The notes under the pieces are model-generated. The model was not told the DNA's origin. It ran no database searches and saw only the letters and a list, made by a program, of their open reading frames with translations. Both the position numbers and the translations under genes were made by a program. This document shows positions 39,336 to 48,198 of a DNA stretch of 49,418 nucleotides, one piece after another (within the stretch, counting starts at the first letter, position 1; every line of letters begins with the position of its first letter). Location: positions 7,565 through 56,982 of the forward strand of contig JAADHQ010000052.1 of NCBI GenBank assembly GCA_013151795.1, given 5' to 3'. The stretch comes from Gammaproteobacteria bacterium (lineage in GTDB: Bacteria > Pseudomonadota > Gammaproteobacteria > JAADHQ01).

Positions 39336-40330
39336 TGCGTTGTTTGACAATATGCTTGTTGATGTTTATGCCTGTCATGGTAAGCCATGCCAATATTGCA
39401 GATGACTATTATCAGGGCGTTAATTATCTGCAGACCCCTAATGTATCATTGAAATCTTTTACATCAATGCAATCCTTGCGCAAGATAAAAGAGGCGGGTG
39501 CTAATACCGTTGCACTTGTTGTGTTTTTACAGCAGGATTCAGCAACATCAAAATATTTAAAACCATCTTCTGCTGTCACTGAACATCAGTTAATTCAGGC
39601 GATCGCAGATGCACATGACATTGGTCTGAAGGTTATTCTTAAACCACAAATACTGGTCACAAATTCATGGGCGGGTGAAATTAATTTACCTGACACCGAT
39701 GATTGGCAGCAATGGTATAACAGTTATCAGAAGTTTATCGTGCGATACGCACAAATTGCACAAACCTATAATGTTGAAATTCTTGTGTTGGGTACAGAAT
39801 TACGATATGCAGCCAGGCAACCGCAGTTTCAACAGTTAATAACAGCGGTGCGTAAAAAATATCGTGGAGAGATAAGTTATGCCGCTCATGGTATCGCCGG
39901 GCTTGAGCGTTTTCCATTTTGGGATTTGCTGGATTCAGCCAGCGTGACTTTATACCCGTCCCTGGGCAAGGACTGGGATGAGAACAAGGCTGGTAAAGTC
40001 ATTTCAGAAAAAGTAAAAGCACTGCAGCTGGTTGCAAGCAAAATAGGTAAACCCTTCTGGATTGCGGAAATCGGTATATCATCTGCACAAGGGAGTCATC
40101 AGCACCCCTGGCTCGTTACAAACAATCAGCAAGGCGTACCGGATGCAGAATTACAGGCAAAGGTACTGGGCCTGTGGTTGAAGAATTTACAGCAGAGATG
40201 GGTAAGTGGAGTGATGGTATGGTGCTGGTTCAGTGATCACGACATGGGTGGCTTGACCGATACCGGGTTTACCATTCAGAACAAGGCAGCTGAAACGGTA
40301 GTCAGTTGTTACTGGAAAAAACAATGTTAA
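39332..40330 (+). CDS. Exported TIM-barrel glycoside hydrolase (clan GH-A-like)
   Basis: ATGA overlap with the upstream gene and GGAG 7 nt before the ATG. Signal peptide ending SHA. LVLGTEL and FWIAEIG are candidate acid/base and nucleophile strands. Confidence 0.6.
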   Translation: MMRCLTICLLMFMPVMVSHANIADDYYQGVNYLQTPNVSLKSFTSMQSLRKIKEAGANTVALVVFLQQDSATSKYLKPSSAVTEHQLIQAIADAHDIGLKVILKPQILVTNSWAGEINLPDTDDWQQWYNSYQKFIVRYAQIAQTYNVEILVLGTELRYAARQPQFQQLITAVRKKYRGEISYAAHGIAGLERFPFWDLLDSASVTLYPSLGKDWDENKAGKVISEKVKALQLVASKIGKPFWIAEIGISSAQGSHQHPWLVTNNQQGVPDAELQAKVLGLWLKNLQQRWVSGVMVWCWFSDHDMGGLTDTGFTIQNKAAETVVSCYWKKQC

Positions 40331-41298
40331 TGGTGAGTATTTTTGAGAAACAATTGTTTCAGGCGCGGGATAACGTGACCGTCGATATTTTCTGGTACAG
40401 GCGCGCCGAGTAAATAAAGAATGGTTGGCATGGTGTCATAAATATAGACGCCCTTGCCATGTTTGGTTTCGGGTTTTATACCCGGGTTAATCGCCATCCA
40501 GGGAATAGTGAAATCCTCTGGACGCTGATACCAGTGAGTTTTGTCTTTACCGCCATGATCGGCAGTGATGATGAGCAAGGTATCGTTGGCGTGTTTACTG
40601 TTTTTGATGGTGTTGTAGATCTGGCCTATAGCCTTGTCAGCAGCCGGAATGGCCTGGTTGAGATATTCATTGCTCATCCAGCCATATTGGTGGCCTGTTT
40701 CGTCAGGTTCCCTGATATGAATAAAGGTCATATTGAAAAACTGTTTGGGCCAGACATGAGAAAATTTTTCAGATAACTCATTTGCATGGGTTTGGTGGTA
40801 TTTAATGTCTTGTTGACCTGGGCCATAGATATAGTCCAGGGAGTCAGGGTGAAACAGGAAGCCGAGTTTTTTCTTGGAAAAAAAGGCAGCATTTGTTTTT
40901 CCGGTTTTTTTCAAAATCTGAAAGACAGTAGCAAAAGGTACGTGACCGGGCAGAGGTTTATTAGTGGTGATCTTGTGTCGCGAGTAATCCAGGCCCGTTA
41001 GCATAGAGGTGTGGCTCGGTAGTGTAACGGATCGCTGGATAGTTTGCGCTTCCGGGTAATAAAGATTACTACGGCTTAGTTCAAAAAGGTTTTTTGCATT
41101 GCTTCTGTTAATCGCATCAGGCCGCAAGCCATCGATACTGACAAGGACAATATGTTTGATAGCCGGGTTTTTAACAGGTGAAGGGCCAAACGGGATATTG
41201 GTACAGGACGTCAGCTGGGTTAAAGCGAAGACAGTTATAAGTAACCGAATCAGGTTACTTAAAGGTATTTTATGATGAAATGATTTTGATAAATTCAT
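40327..41298 (-). CDS. Lipoprotein of the nucleotide pyrophosphatase/phosphodiesterase (NPP, alkaline-phosphatase superfamily) family
   Basis: Lipobox LTQLTSC. VSIDGLRPD, TLPSHTSMLTGL (catalytic Thr context) and ITADHGG. Confidence 0.8.
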   Translation of the reverse strand: MNLSKSFHHKIPLSNLIRLLITVFALTQLTSCTNIPFGPSPVKNPAIKHIVLVSIDGLRPDAINRSNAKNLFELSRSNLYYPEAQTIQRSVTLPSHTSMLTGLDYSRHKITTNKPLPGHVPFATVFQILKKTGKTNAAFFSKKKLGFLFHPDSLDYIYGPGQQDIKYHQTHANELSEKFSHVWPKQFFNMTFIHIREPDETGHQYGWMSNEYLNQAIPAADKAIGQIYNTIKNSKHANDTLLIITADHGGKDKTHWYQRPEDFTIPWMAINPGIKPETKHGKGVYIYDTMPTILYLLGAPVPENIDGHVIPRLKQLFLKNTHH

Positions 41299-41308
41299 GG
41301 TTATAGTC

Positions 41309-41330
41309 TTTACGAAAAAATTTTCGTAAA
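41309..41330. promoter_or_regulatory. Perfect 10-bp inverted repeat TTTACGAAAA-AA-TTTTCGTAAA in the divergent control region
   Basis: Read directly from the sequence. It sits 11 nt upstream of the NPP gene's ATG and about 70 nt upstream of the OMP-CotH operon. Confidence 0.4.
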
Positions 41331-41398
41331 AGATTGCTCCGATTTATACTGAATATTAGCATTATTTTTAAGTGCACCGTAAGAGCTGGATTAATAAT

Positions 41399-42241
41399 AT
41401 GTTTACCAACAATTTGAATGGCAGACCAAACGTAATGTTGCAGCAAATAGCATTGATTACAGTTTTGTTTATAGTGACCGGTTCGGCACAAGCTGGTGGT
41501 TGGTTGCGCTCTGAAGGAGAGCACCGGTACTCGGCATATCTATCCAATTCTTCATCAAACAGGTCCTGGGACAGGTATGGCAATGATACCGTGTCAGGTT
41601 GCACGTCAAACGTCACTGCATTAACGCATGAATATGAATACGGTTATTCCTATTACCGTACCTTGTTTGGCAAGGTTAATATGGCCACATCAGAATGCGG
41701 GGGTGACAAGGTCAGTGGTCTGGGCGATGTCTATCTGGGTGTCCGTGGCAGGTTAAATCTGTACAAGAACGGAAGTGCATGGGAAGCCATTCTTATAATA
41801 CCAACCGGATATGATGGACAGCGGAGTAATCGGCTGGGATATGGCGAGCTGGGTATCGAGCTGGGATTATACGGGACGACCAAATATTCAAAAAAATCGA
41901 CTTTTGCCTATGGTGGAAGCTTTCGCTTCTGGAACGGTTCACCTTCTGATCAATTCCGCACAAGGGCAAGCTGGTCATATAAGCAGAATAAACAATGGGC
42001 AATCAGAACCAGTCTGGAGGGTAACTTTTCCCTGAATAATGGTAATTCTGTAACGCCTGCTTCTATAAACGGTGATTTTGAATCAGAGTTTGATGTTATC
42101 CGTGGAAAGATAGGCCTGAGGCGTCAGATAGGCCCGAGGCTCGGGTTGACTGTCGGGTTGTACAAGAATTTGTGGGGTCGTAATGCCAGTCAGCGTCAGG
42201 GTATATATCTTAATATCGCATATGTGTGGGGTAGGTTATAA
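41399..42241 (+). CDS. Putative outer-membrane beta-barrel protein
   Basis: Signal peptide ending SAQA. Gly/Tyr/Ser-rich alternating pattern and a C-terminal strand IYLNIAYVWGRL. The start is ambiguous (GTG 41372, ATG 41399 or ATG 41435). Confidence 0.45.
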   Translation: MFTNNLNGRPNVMLQQIALITVLFIVTGSAQAGGWLRSEGEHRYSAYLSNSSSNRSWDRYGNDTVSGCTSNVTALTHEYEYGYSYYRTLFGKVNMATSECGGDKVSGLGDVYLGVRGRLNLYKNGSAWEAILIIPTGYDGQRSNRLGYGELGIELGLYGTTKYSKKSTFAYGGSFRFWNGSPSDQFRTRASWSYKQNKQWAIRTSLEGNFSLNNGNSVTPASINGDFESEFDVIRGKIGLRRQIGPRLGLTVGLYKNLWGRNASQRQGIYLNIAYVWGRL

Positions 42242-43927
42242 ATGAGCATGAGTCAAAGGAAAAAAATCGTGATATGGCTAGGCATGATTAGTAGTTTATG
42301 CTTGTGGTGGCAAACAGGTATGGCGCAGGAAACGGTCCCGGTGTTATCTGTCCACCTGGAAATGAAAGCACGTGATGCTGATGTTTTATTTAAAAAAGAT
42401 CCATATGATCGTTCAACCTTTCCTGTCAGCATGCTTGTTGACGGAAAACAATTGAATGGTCGGATTTCAGTAAAAGGAAGTTTCAGCAGAAGTTTTGATA
42501 AGAAATCACTGAAGATAAAACTTGATAAAGGCTCGAAGTGGCGTGGACAGAGGCGTATTGCCCTTAACGCTATGGCGACTGATACTTCGATGATGCGTGA
42601 ATGGCTGGCATGGGATCTGATTCACACACTAGGCATGGCAGCGCCCAAGGTGAATTATACGCAGTTATATATTAACCGGCGATACATCGGTATGTTTCTG
42701 CATATTGAGTGGATTGACCCTGGCATGCTGGCAAAATTTGGACTGGGTGACGATGGTGAATTTTTCCATCCGCTTGATAGTACCTTTTGTGGTGATCTTG
42801 GCTTGCAGTCTGTTGCCGATGTTGAACGTTGTTGGACGAAGTTATCTCCACGAGATAATGATTATTCACCGCTTAAAAAGTTAGTGAAGCAGTTGCATGA
42901 TGTGACAGCAGATGAATTTGACAGCTTCCTTGAGAAAAACTTTGATGTAGAGTCTGTTATAAACTGGATTGCCGTGAATGCGATTACCAGTAATGGTGAT
43001 ACATATAATAAAAACTATTTTATTTATTTCAGTCGAAAAAAAGGACGTTGGGTTCTTATTCCTTGGGATTACGATTTATCCTTTGGTCGAAACTGGGACG
43101 AGTTTCTTGAGTACCCGGCGAATATTCTGAATGATAACTTTCAATATTATTATCCACTTGAACTGGGGCTGCCAAACCCGTTAAAAGATAAATTATTGAA
43201 AAACCCTGTTTTGCTCGAGCGTCTCAAACAGAAACTCAGAGGTTTAATGGGGATGCCTGTGGAAGGTTATGCCGCCACGCCAGTCTGGTTCACACCCGAG
43301 GTTATGCATGACCGCATAGACGCACTAACATCTGTATTAACAGATAACCTGAATCGTGAACGCTATACAACAACGAATGCACAAAAATTACGTGAGCAGG
43401 CCAGCGCGCTGAAAGACTACGTGAGCTTTCGCTATAATTATCTTCGCAAGACAGTATTACAAGTGACAAACTGGGTTCCGGATCGTGCGAGCATTAAAGT
43501 TTCCAAGGCCGGCGAGACTGAATCGTGGGTAGACGGGTTTGGTAAAACATTGGGGACAATACAGGCTCTGAGCCTGAATCGTGCTGCAGAGATCGCTGTC
43601 GATGTAGAGCGGATGACCGTACCTGAATTCCTTCCGGAAGATACAGATGCAAGTCGATGTGTAAAAAGAACCTGGTTTCTGGTTAATAAAACGCCGTTTA
43701 GTCAGTTAAATGTAAATTTGTCGTGGCAATATTTACATGAAAATTCCAGAAATACCGAAGTTGGGAAAAATCTTGATGATGAAAGCAAATTAAATCTTTG
43801 GGTGATGGACTACGAAAAATGGAGGCAATTACCTGTAAGCATTAACAAGATTTCCAATGTGATAGAGACAAAGGGCATGGATATCAAAGCTGGCAGGTTG
43901 TATCGTTTTGTTGCTTGTCAGGAATAA
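42242..43927 (+). CDS. Exported CotH-family atypical kinase
   Basis: The start abuts the upstream stop codon. Signal peptide ending GMAQE. KKSLKIKLD and NKNYFIYF...WVLIPWDYDLSFG are typical CotH-domain motifs. Confidence 0.8.
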   Translation: MSMSQRKKIVIWLGMISSLCLWWQTGMAQETVPVLSVHLEMKARDADVLFKKDPYDRSTFPVSMLVDGKQLNGRISVKGSFSRSFDKKSLKIKLDKGSKWRGQRRIALNAMATDTSMMREWLAWDLIHTLGMAAPKVNYTQLYINRRYIGMFLHIEWIDPGMLAKFGLGDDGEFFHPLDSTFCGDLGLQSVADVERCWTKLSPRDNDYSPLKKLVKQLHDVTADEFDSFLEKNFDVESVINWIAVNAITSNGDTYNKNYFIYFSRKKGRWVLIPWDYDLSFGRNWDEFLEYPANILNDNFQYYYPLELGLPNPLKDKLLKNPVLLERLKQKLRGLMGMPVEGYAATPVWFTPEVMHDRIDALTSVLTDNLNRERYTTTNAQKLREQASALKDYVSFRYNYLRKTVLQVTNWVPDRASIKVSKAGETESWVDGFGKTLGTIQALSLNRAAEIAVDVERMTVPEFLPEDTDASRCVKRTWFLVNKTPFSQLNVNLSWQYLHENSRNTEVGKNLDDESKLNLWVMDYEKWRQLPVSINKISNVIETKGMDIKAGRLYRFVACQE

Positions 43928-43933
43928 TTTTAA

Positions 43934-45253
43934 ATGACAGCGCAAGAAAAAAAATACACGTTACTGGAAAAATTGTTACGACTGTTTACCGTTATCAAAC
44001 CCGGTGAAGGTAAGGCGGTCGTGTTATTATTGCTGCAGGCATTTATTCTTTTATTTGCATATTACCTGCTAAAGCCCGCTCGGGAATCGTTACTGTTATC
44101 TGAAAATAGCGCAGAAATACGAAGTTACGCAGTTGCTTTTCAGGCGCTGGTGCTTCTCATGCTGATGCCAGCCTATAATATTTTATTTCGTCACTATAAA
44201 CATGATCGCAGCAGGATATATATCTGGGTTACCCTGTTTTTTATTTGTAATTTATTATTATTTTATGTGCTGGGCGCTGCAGAAATAAAACTCGGCATTG
44301 TATTTTTTATCTGGCTAGGTGTGTTTAACGTTATGGTGGTTGCGCAGTTCTGGGCATTTTGCGCAGACCTGTATAATGTGGAAAGCGGCCAGAGATTATT
44401 TGTTGTTATTGCTGTCGGGGCATCACTGGGTGCGTTACTGGGAGCAAGTTTTTCCAAACAGGCAATTCAATATACCGGTCCGTTAGGGCTGATGTTACTG
44501 GCCGTTGTTTTACTCTGTATTACGATTATTCTTGGTTTGTTTGCCAGTAGAAATCTACCTGTACAGGATCGTAGCCACAGCCAGTTATTCAAGGGCAAGT
44601 CAAAGTGGATTCCCGGCAGTTTTCATCTGGTGTTTTCAGATCGTTATTTATTGTTGATAGCGACGTTTGTTGTGTTGTTGAACTGGATAAACAGCACGGG
44701 CGAATTCATACTGGCAAAAATGGTCGTTAGTCATGCAGAGGGTTTAATCGCTGCAGGTAGTGAAATCAGCAAAGGTAACCTGATCGGCAGTTTTTATGGT
44801 GACTTCTATACATGGGTAAACCTGTTCAGCCTGCTGTTTCAATTGTTACTGGTATCCAGAATATTTAAATACTTCGGGGTGAGATTTGCGTTGTACATCT
44901 TGCCTGTAATCAGCCTGATTGGTTATGGCCTGATTGTTTTTATACCTGTGTTCAGCATTATAAGGCTGGTAAAGATTCTTGAGAACAGTGTAGATTATTC
45001 TATTCAGACAACAACACGTCATACTTTATTTTTGCCGGTCAATACGGCTGCTAAATATGAAGGCAAAACTGTTATTGATACATTTTTCTGGCGTTTCGGA
45101 GACTTGATTCAGGCCGGTGTTATCTATGCAGGCACAACCTGGCTAAGTATGGAGGTATACCAGTTTGCGATACTGAATATGATACTTGCGGTAGTCTGGA
45201 TAGGCGTTGTTGTCGGCATTACCCGCGAGCATAAAAAATTATCTGCGGATTAA
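43934..45253 (+). CDS. MFS-type transporter resembling the TLC (ATP:ADP antiporter / Npt) family
   Basis: Starts 6 nt after cotH. About 11-12 TM segments. The N-terminal segment GEGKAVVLLLLQAFILLFAYYLLKPARESLLL resembles the TLC-family N-terminus. This assignment needs HMM confirmation. Confidence 0.5.
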   Translation: MTAQEKKYTLLEKLLRLFTVIKPGEGKAVVLLLLQAFILLFAYYLLKPARESLLLSENSAEIRSYAVAFQALVLLMLMPAYNILFRHYKHDRSRIYIWVTLFFICNLLLFYVLGAAEIKLGIVFFIWLGVFNVMVVAQFWAFCADLYNVESGQRLFVVIAVGASLGALLGASFSKQAIQYTGPLGLMLLAVVLLCITIILGLFASRNLPVQDRSHSQLFKGKSKWIPGSFHLVFSDRYLLLIATFVVLLNWINSTGEFILAKMVVSHAEGLIAAGSEISKGNLIGSFYGDFYTWVNLFSLLFQLLLVSRIFKYFGVRFALYILPVISLIGYGLIVFIPVFSIIRLVKILENSVDYSIQTTTRHTLFLPVNTAAKYEGKTVIDTFFWRFGDLIQAGVIYAGTTWLSMEVYQFAILNMILAVVWIGVVVGITREHKKLSAD

Positions 45254-45275
45254 GGTATTTTTATATGAATCTTTG

Positions 45276-45473
45276 TTAGTAGTGCGGCGGCGGGGTTTCC
45301 TCTGATGCATGTGCAATAATAGAAACCTCCTGAACCTGGCTGCGTATACTTTTAAGTTCCAGTTGTAGTTTAATGATCAACTCTTCCTGTTTTAAAATAG
45401 TGTGTGTCAGCTCATCAATTGCAGACTCCTGATGAGTAATACGAATTTCCAGATCTGTGATACGGTTTTCCAT
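45276..45473 (-). CDS. slyX: SlyX-family coiled-coil protein
   Basis: 65 aa. MENRITDLEIRITHQESAIDELT is typical of SlyX. Confidence 0.8.
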   Translation of the reverse strand: MENRITDLEIRITHQESAIDELTHTILKQEELIIKLQLELKSIRSQVQEVSIIAHASEETPPPHY

Positions 45474-45493
45474 GTTAATTTCTCATGTTCAGG

Positions 45494-46289
45494 CTAAAAA
45501 TAAATATCATAGCGTGTATTTTTACTTTCAATAGTAGCGGCAGGTTTTAGTTCACCTAAAGGCGGTGCAACTTTTGGGCGTTTAACAACCACACGTTTTG
45601 GTTTGCAGTTTATCGCGTTTTCCAATACCTGCACAGCATCGTCCGTCCTTGCCGGCAATATCATGAAAATAGCGCATTTCCTTTTTTACCAGTGCAGATT
45701 TATTTCGTGCAGGATACATGGGGTCGAGGTAAATAGTATCGGGAGTTTGCGATGCAAGTTGCTGTAAATAATTAATGGCATTTTCGTTGTGTAATCTCAT
45801 ATTGTTTGTTATCAAGCCGCTGATATCGGGATCATTCAATGCTCGATGTAAACCATTTTGTAATAGCTCATAAATAACCGGGTTACGTTCCAGCATTGTA
45901 ACGTGGCAGCCCAGCGTTGCAAAAACAAAACTGTCGCGTCCAAGTCCGGCTGTTGTATCCAGTATTACCGGATTGAACCCGGGTTTTATGCCAGCAGCAC
46001 GGGCGAGAGGCTGGTTTCTTCCTCCCCCGAACAGTCTTCGGTGAGCGGCCTTGCCCCGGGTGAAATCGATAGTGACTGGCCCCGGCGATGGCTTACCTGT
46101 TTTTTGAAGTTTACAGATATAACCCGGTGCGTGTTCATGTGATTCATATATTAATAAATATTCAGCATGTCCCAGTGCCGATAACAGAGGGATATTATAC
46201 AGGCATGATTTTTCCTGCACTAAAACCTGCAAGGATGATTGTTCGGTAAACAGGGCAATATTCGACTGATTAAGTGTTGTGTGAGTCAT
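45494..46289 (-). pseudogene. rsmJ: 16S rRNA (guanine1516-N2)-methyltransferase RsmJ, reading frame broken by +1 nt near 45640-45647
   Basis: The N-terminal frame has AAHRRLFGGGR, TAGLGRDSF, YLDPMYP and KKEMRYF, then runs into nonsense and a stop at 45582. The conserved C-terminus DDAVQVLENA..KRVVVKRPKVAPPL...RYDIYF-stop continues in another frame to 45494. The total length of 796 nt is not a multiple of 3. Confidence 0.75.
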
Positions 46290-46388
46290 TAATGAAATCA
46301 GTGTCCGGTGAGAGCTATTTACAAGTAACAGAAGTGTGTGTAATCCTGTGGATGATTGCAACTCTAATTCAGGCAGTGAAGGCTGGTT

Positions 46389-46934
46389 ATGGCAGTAAGG
46401 CATCTTGGAAGATTAATTCCCCGGGTTAATACATCGGCGTTCATTGATGAAAGTGCGCAGGTGATAGGCGACGTAGAACTTGGGCAGGATAGTTCTGTCT
46501 GGCCCATGGCCGTTATTCGTGGTGATATTCAAAAAATTATTATTGGTCAAAATACGAATATTCAGGATGGCTGTGTTTTGCATGTAACACATGACAGTCA
46601 GTATCAACCAGGAGGCTGTGAACTTCGAGTAGGTGATTATGTGACAGTGGGTCACGGGGTGATTTTACATGGTTGCACAATTAATGATCATTGTTTGATT
46701 GGTATGGGCAGTACAATTATGGATAATGCGGTACTTGAAGAAAATGTGATGTTGGCAGCAGGTAGCCTGGTAACTCCCGGTAAGGTGTTGAAAAGCGGGT
46801 ATTTATATGTGGGTAGTCCTGCAAAAGCCAAACGATTATTAACCAGAGAAGAGATTGAATACTTTGAATATGCAGCTAATCACTATGTAAAATTGAAAAA
46901 CCAGTACAAATCAGGCGATAATACAACCAAATAA
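46389..46934 (+). CDS. Gamma-carbonic-anhydrase-like hexapeptide-repeat protein (YrdA family)
   Basis: 181 aa. VIGDVELGQDSSVWPMAVIRGD, NIQDGCVLHVT and GYLYVGSPAK are collinear with YrdA. Confidence 0.85.
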   Translation: MAVRHLGRLIPRVNTSAFIDESAQVIGDVELGQDSSVWPMAVIRGDIQKIIIGQNTNIQDGCVLHVTHDSQYQPGGCELRVGDYVTVGHGVILHGCTINDHCLIGMGSTIMDNAVLEENVMLAAGSLVTPGKVLKSGYLYVGSPAKAKRLLTREEIEYFEYAANHYVKLKNQYKSGDNTTK

Positions 46935-46973
46935 TCAAAAAAATTAAAGCGTCAGGATGTAGCAGGGAATAAA

Positions 46974-47306
46974 ATGGATATATTTGTAGGCAACCTTCCA
47001 AAAAAAACATCGGTACTGGAATTAAGAAAACTGATCGGTGATGTAGGCAGTGCGCGATTTCGAGTGATAACCGGCAAGCAGAAAAATGGTCGCAAGTGTT
47101 GTTACGGACACGCGATTATCGGTTCCAGCCAAACAGGCACGGAAGTTATTACACGTCTTGATGGAGTTGAATTCAATGGCTGTAGTATTACAGCCAGGCA
47201 TTTTCTACATCGAAGTGAACACAATGAACGTCGTTCGAGAATGGTTTATCCAATAGGCTGGAATGGTGTTAATCGTCGGCGTGGTGACAGACGCGCACAT
47301 ATCTAG
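46974..47306 (+). CDS. Small RRM-type RNA-binding protein with an Arg-rich tail
   Basis: RNP2-like IFVGNL, RNP1-like CYGHAII and a C-terminal RRRGDRR. Confidence 0.55.
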   Translation: MDIFVGNLPKKTSVLELRKLIGDVGSARFRVITGKQKNGRKCCYGHAIIGSSQTGTEVITRLDGVEFNGCSITARHFLHRSEHNERRSRMVYPIGWNGVNRRRGDRRAHI

Positions 47307-47359
47307 TATTTTTTCAGGGCAGAGTTTATTTTTTTCCGGTTAGCGGTTTTAAAAAATAT

Positions 47360-48196
47360 TTAATTCTTTATTTTTCCCCGTAGCGCAGCAATAACTGTTT
47401 TTGTTTCAGGTCTTATTCCTCTCCATATATAAAAAGACTCGGCCGCTTGTTCAACCAGCATACCTAATCCATCCATACATGATTCTGCACCATGCTGTTT
47501 ACCCCACACCATAAAGCTGGTGGGTTCACTGGCATACATCATATCGTACAAGTGGGTTGACTCATTAATGCAGTCAACCGGAACAGGAGGGACGTCACCC
47601 TGCAGGCTTGCAGCTGTTCCGTTAATGATCAGATCAAATGTTTGTTCTGATAATTGCTCAAAACCGGATGCTTTAATATTGCCGAAGTCAGAAAACAAAT
47701 CAGCCAGGTCAATAGCCTTGTTATGAGTGCGATTGGCAATGGTGACAGACTGTGGTTGTTGTTCCAGTATGGGAAGCAGTACGCCGCGTACAGCACCGCC
47801 TGCACCAATAATCAGTATGCGTTGATTTTGTAAATTTATTAAATGATTTTTTAAAAGGTCGGTTACGAGACCAATACCATCAGTGTTGTCACCAGTATAT
47901 TGTCCATTATTAATAGTAATAGTATTGACCGCGCCGGCAAGCTCGGCACGTTGGCTGCGTTCGTTTACAAGATCCCATGCCTGTTGTTTAAAGGGTACGG
48001 TAATATTCAACCCTTTGCCGTTTTCCTGGGCAAAGTTATTAACACTTTTATTAAAGTTGTCCAGATCAACCAGTATGGCTTCGTATGACAGGTTCTGCTT
48101 GCATTGTTCAGCAAATAACTTGTGAATGTCGGGGGATTTACTATGCGCAATGGGATTGCCCATCACTGCATAGCGATCAGGTTTAGTACTATTCAT
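47360..48196 (-). CDS. aroE: Shikimate dehydrogenase
   Basis: ATG at 48196 (MNSTKPDRYAVMGNPIAHSKSP), NITVPFK and IIGAGGAVRG. 278 aa. The ORF track merges it with the upstream gene only because that gene is frameshifted. Confidence 0.9.
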   Translation of the reverse strand: MNSTKPDRYAVMGNPIAHSKSPDIHKLFAEQCKQNLSYEAILVDLDNFNKSVNNFAQENGKGLNITVPFKQQAWDLVNERSQRAELAGAVNTITINNGQYTGDNTDGIGLVTDLLKNHLINLQNQRILIIGAGGAVRGVLLPILEQQPQSVTIANRTHNKAIDLADLFSDFGNIKASGFEQLSEQTFDLIINGTAASLQGDVPPVPVDCINESTHLYDMMYASEPTSFMVWGKQHGAESCMDGLGMLVEQAAESFYIWRGIRPETKTVIAALRGKIKN

Positions 48197-48198
48197 TA

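Noticed and set aside
33673-45253. The EPS-type and CotH clusters as a demonstrable genomic island or mobile element
   Set aside because: No integrase, transposase, flanking tRNA or direct repeats were seen, and the composition looks similar to the flanking DNA by eye. Accessory status cannot be shown from this window.
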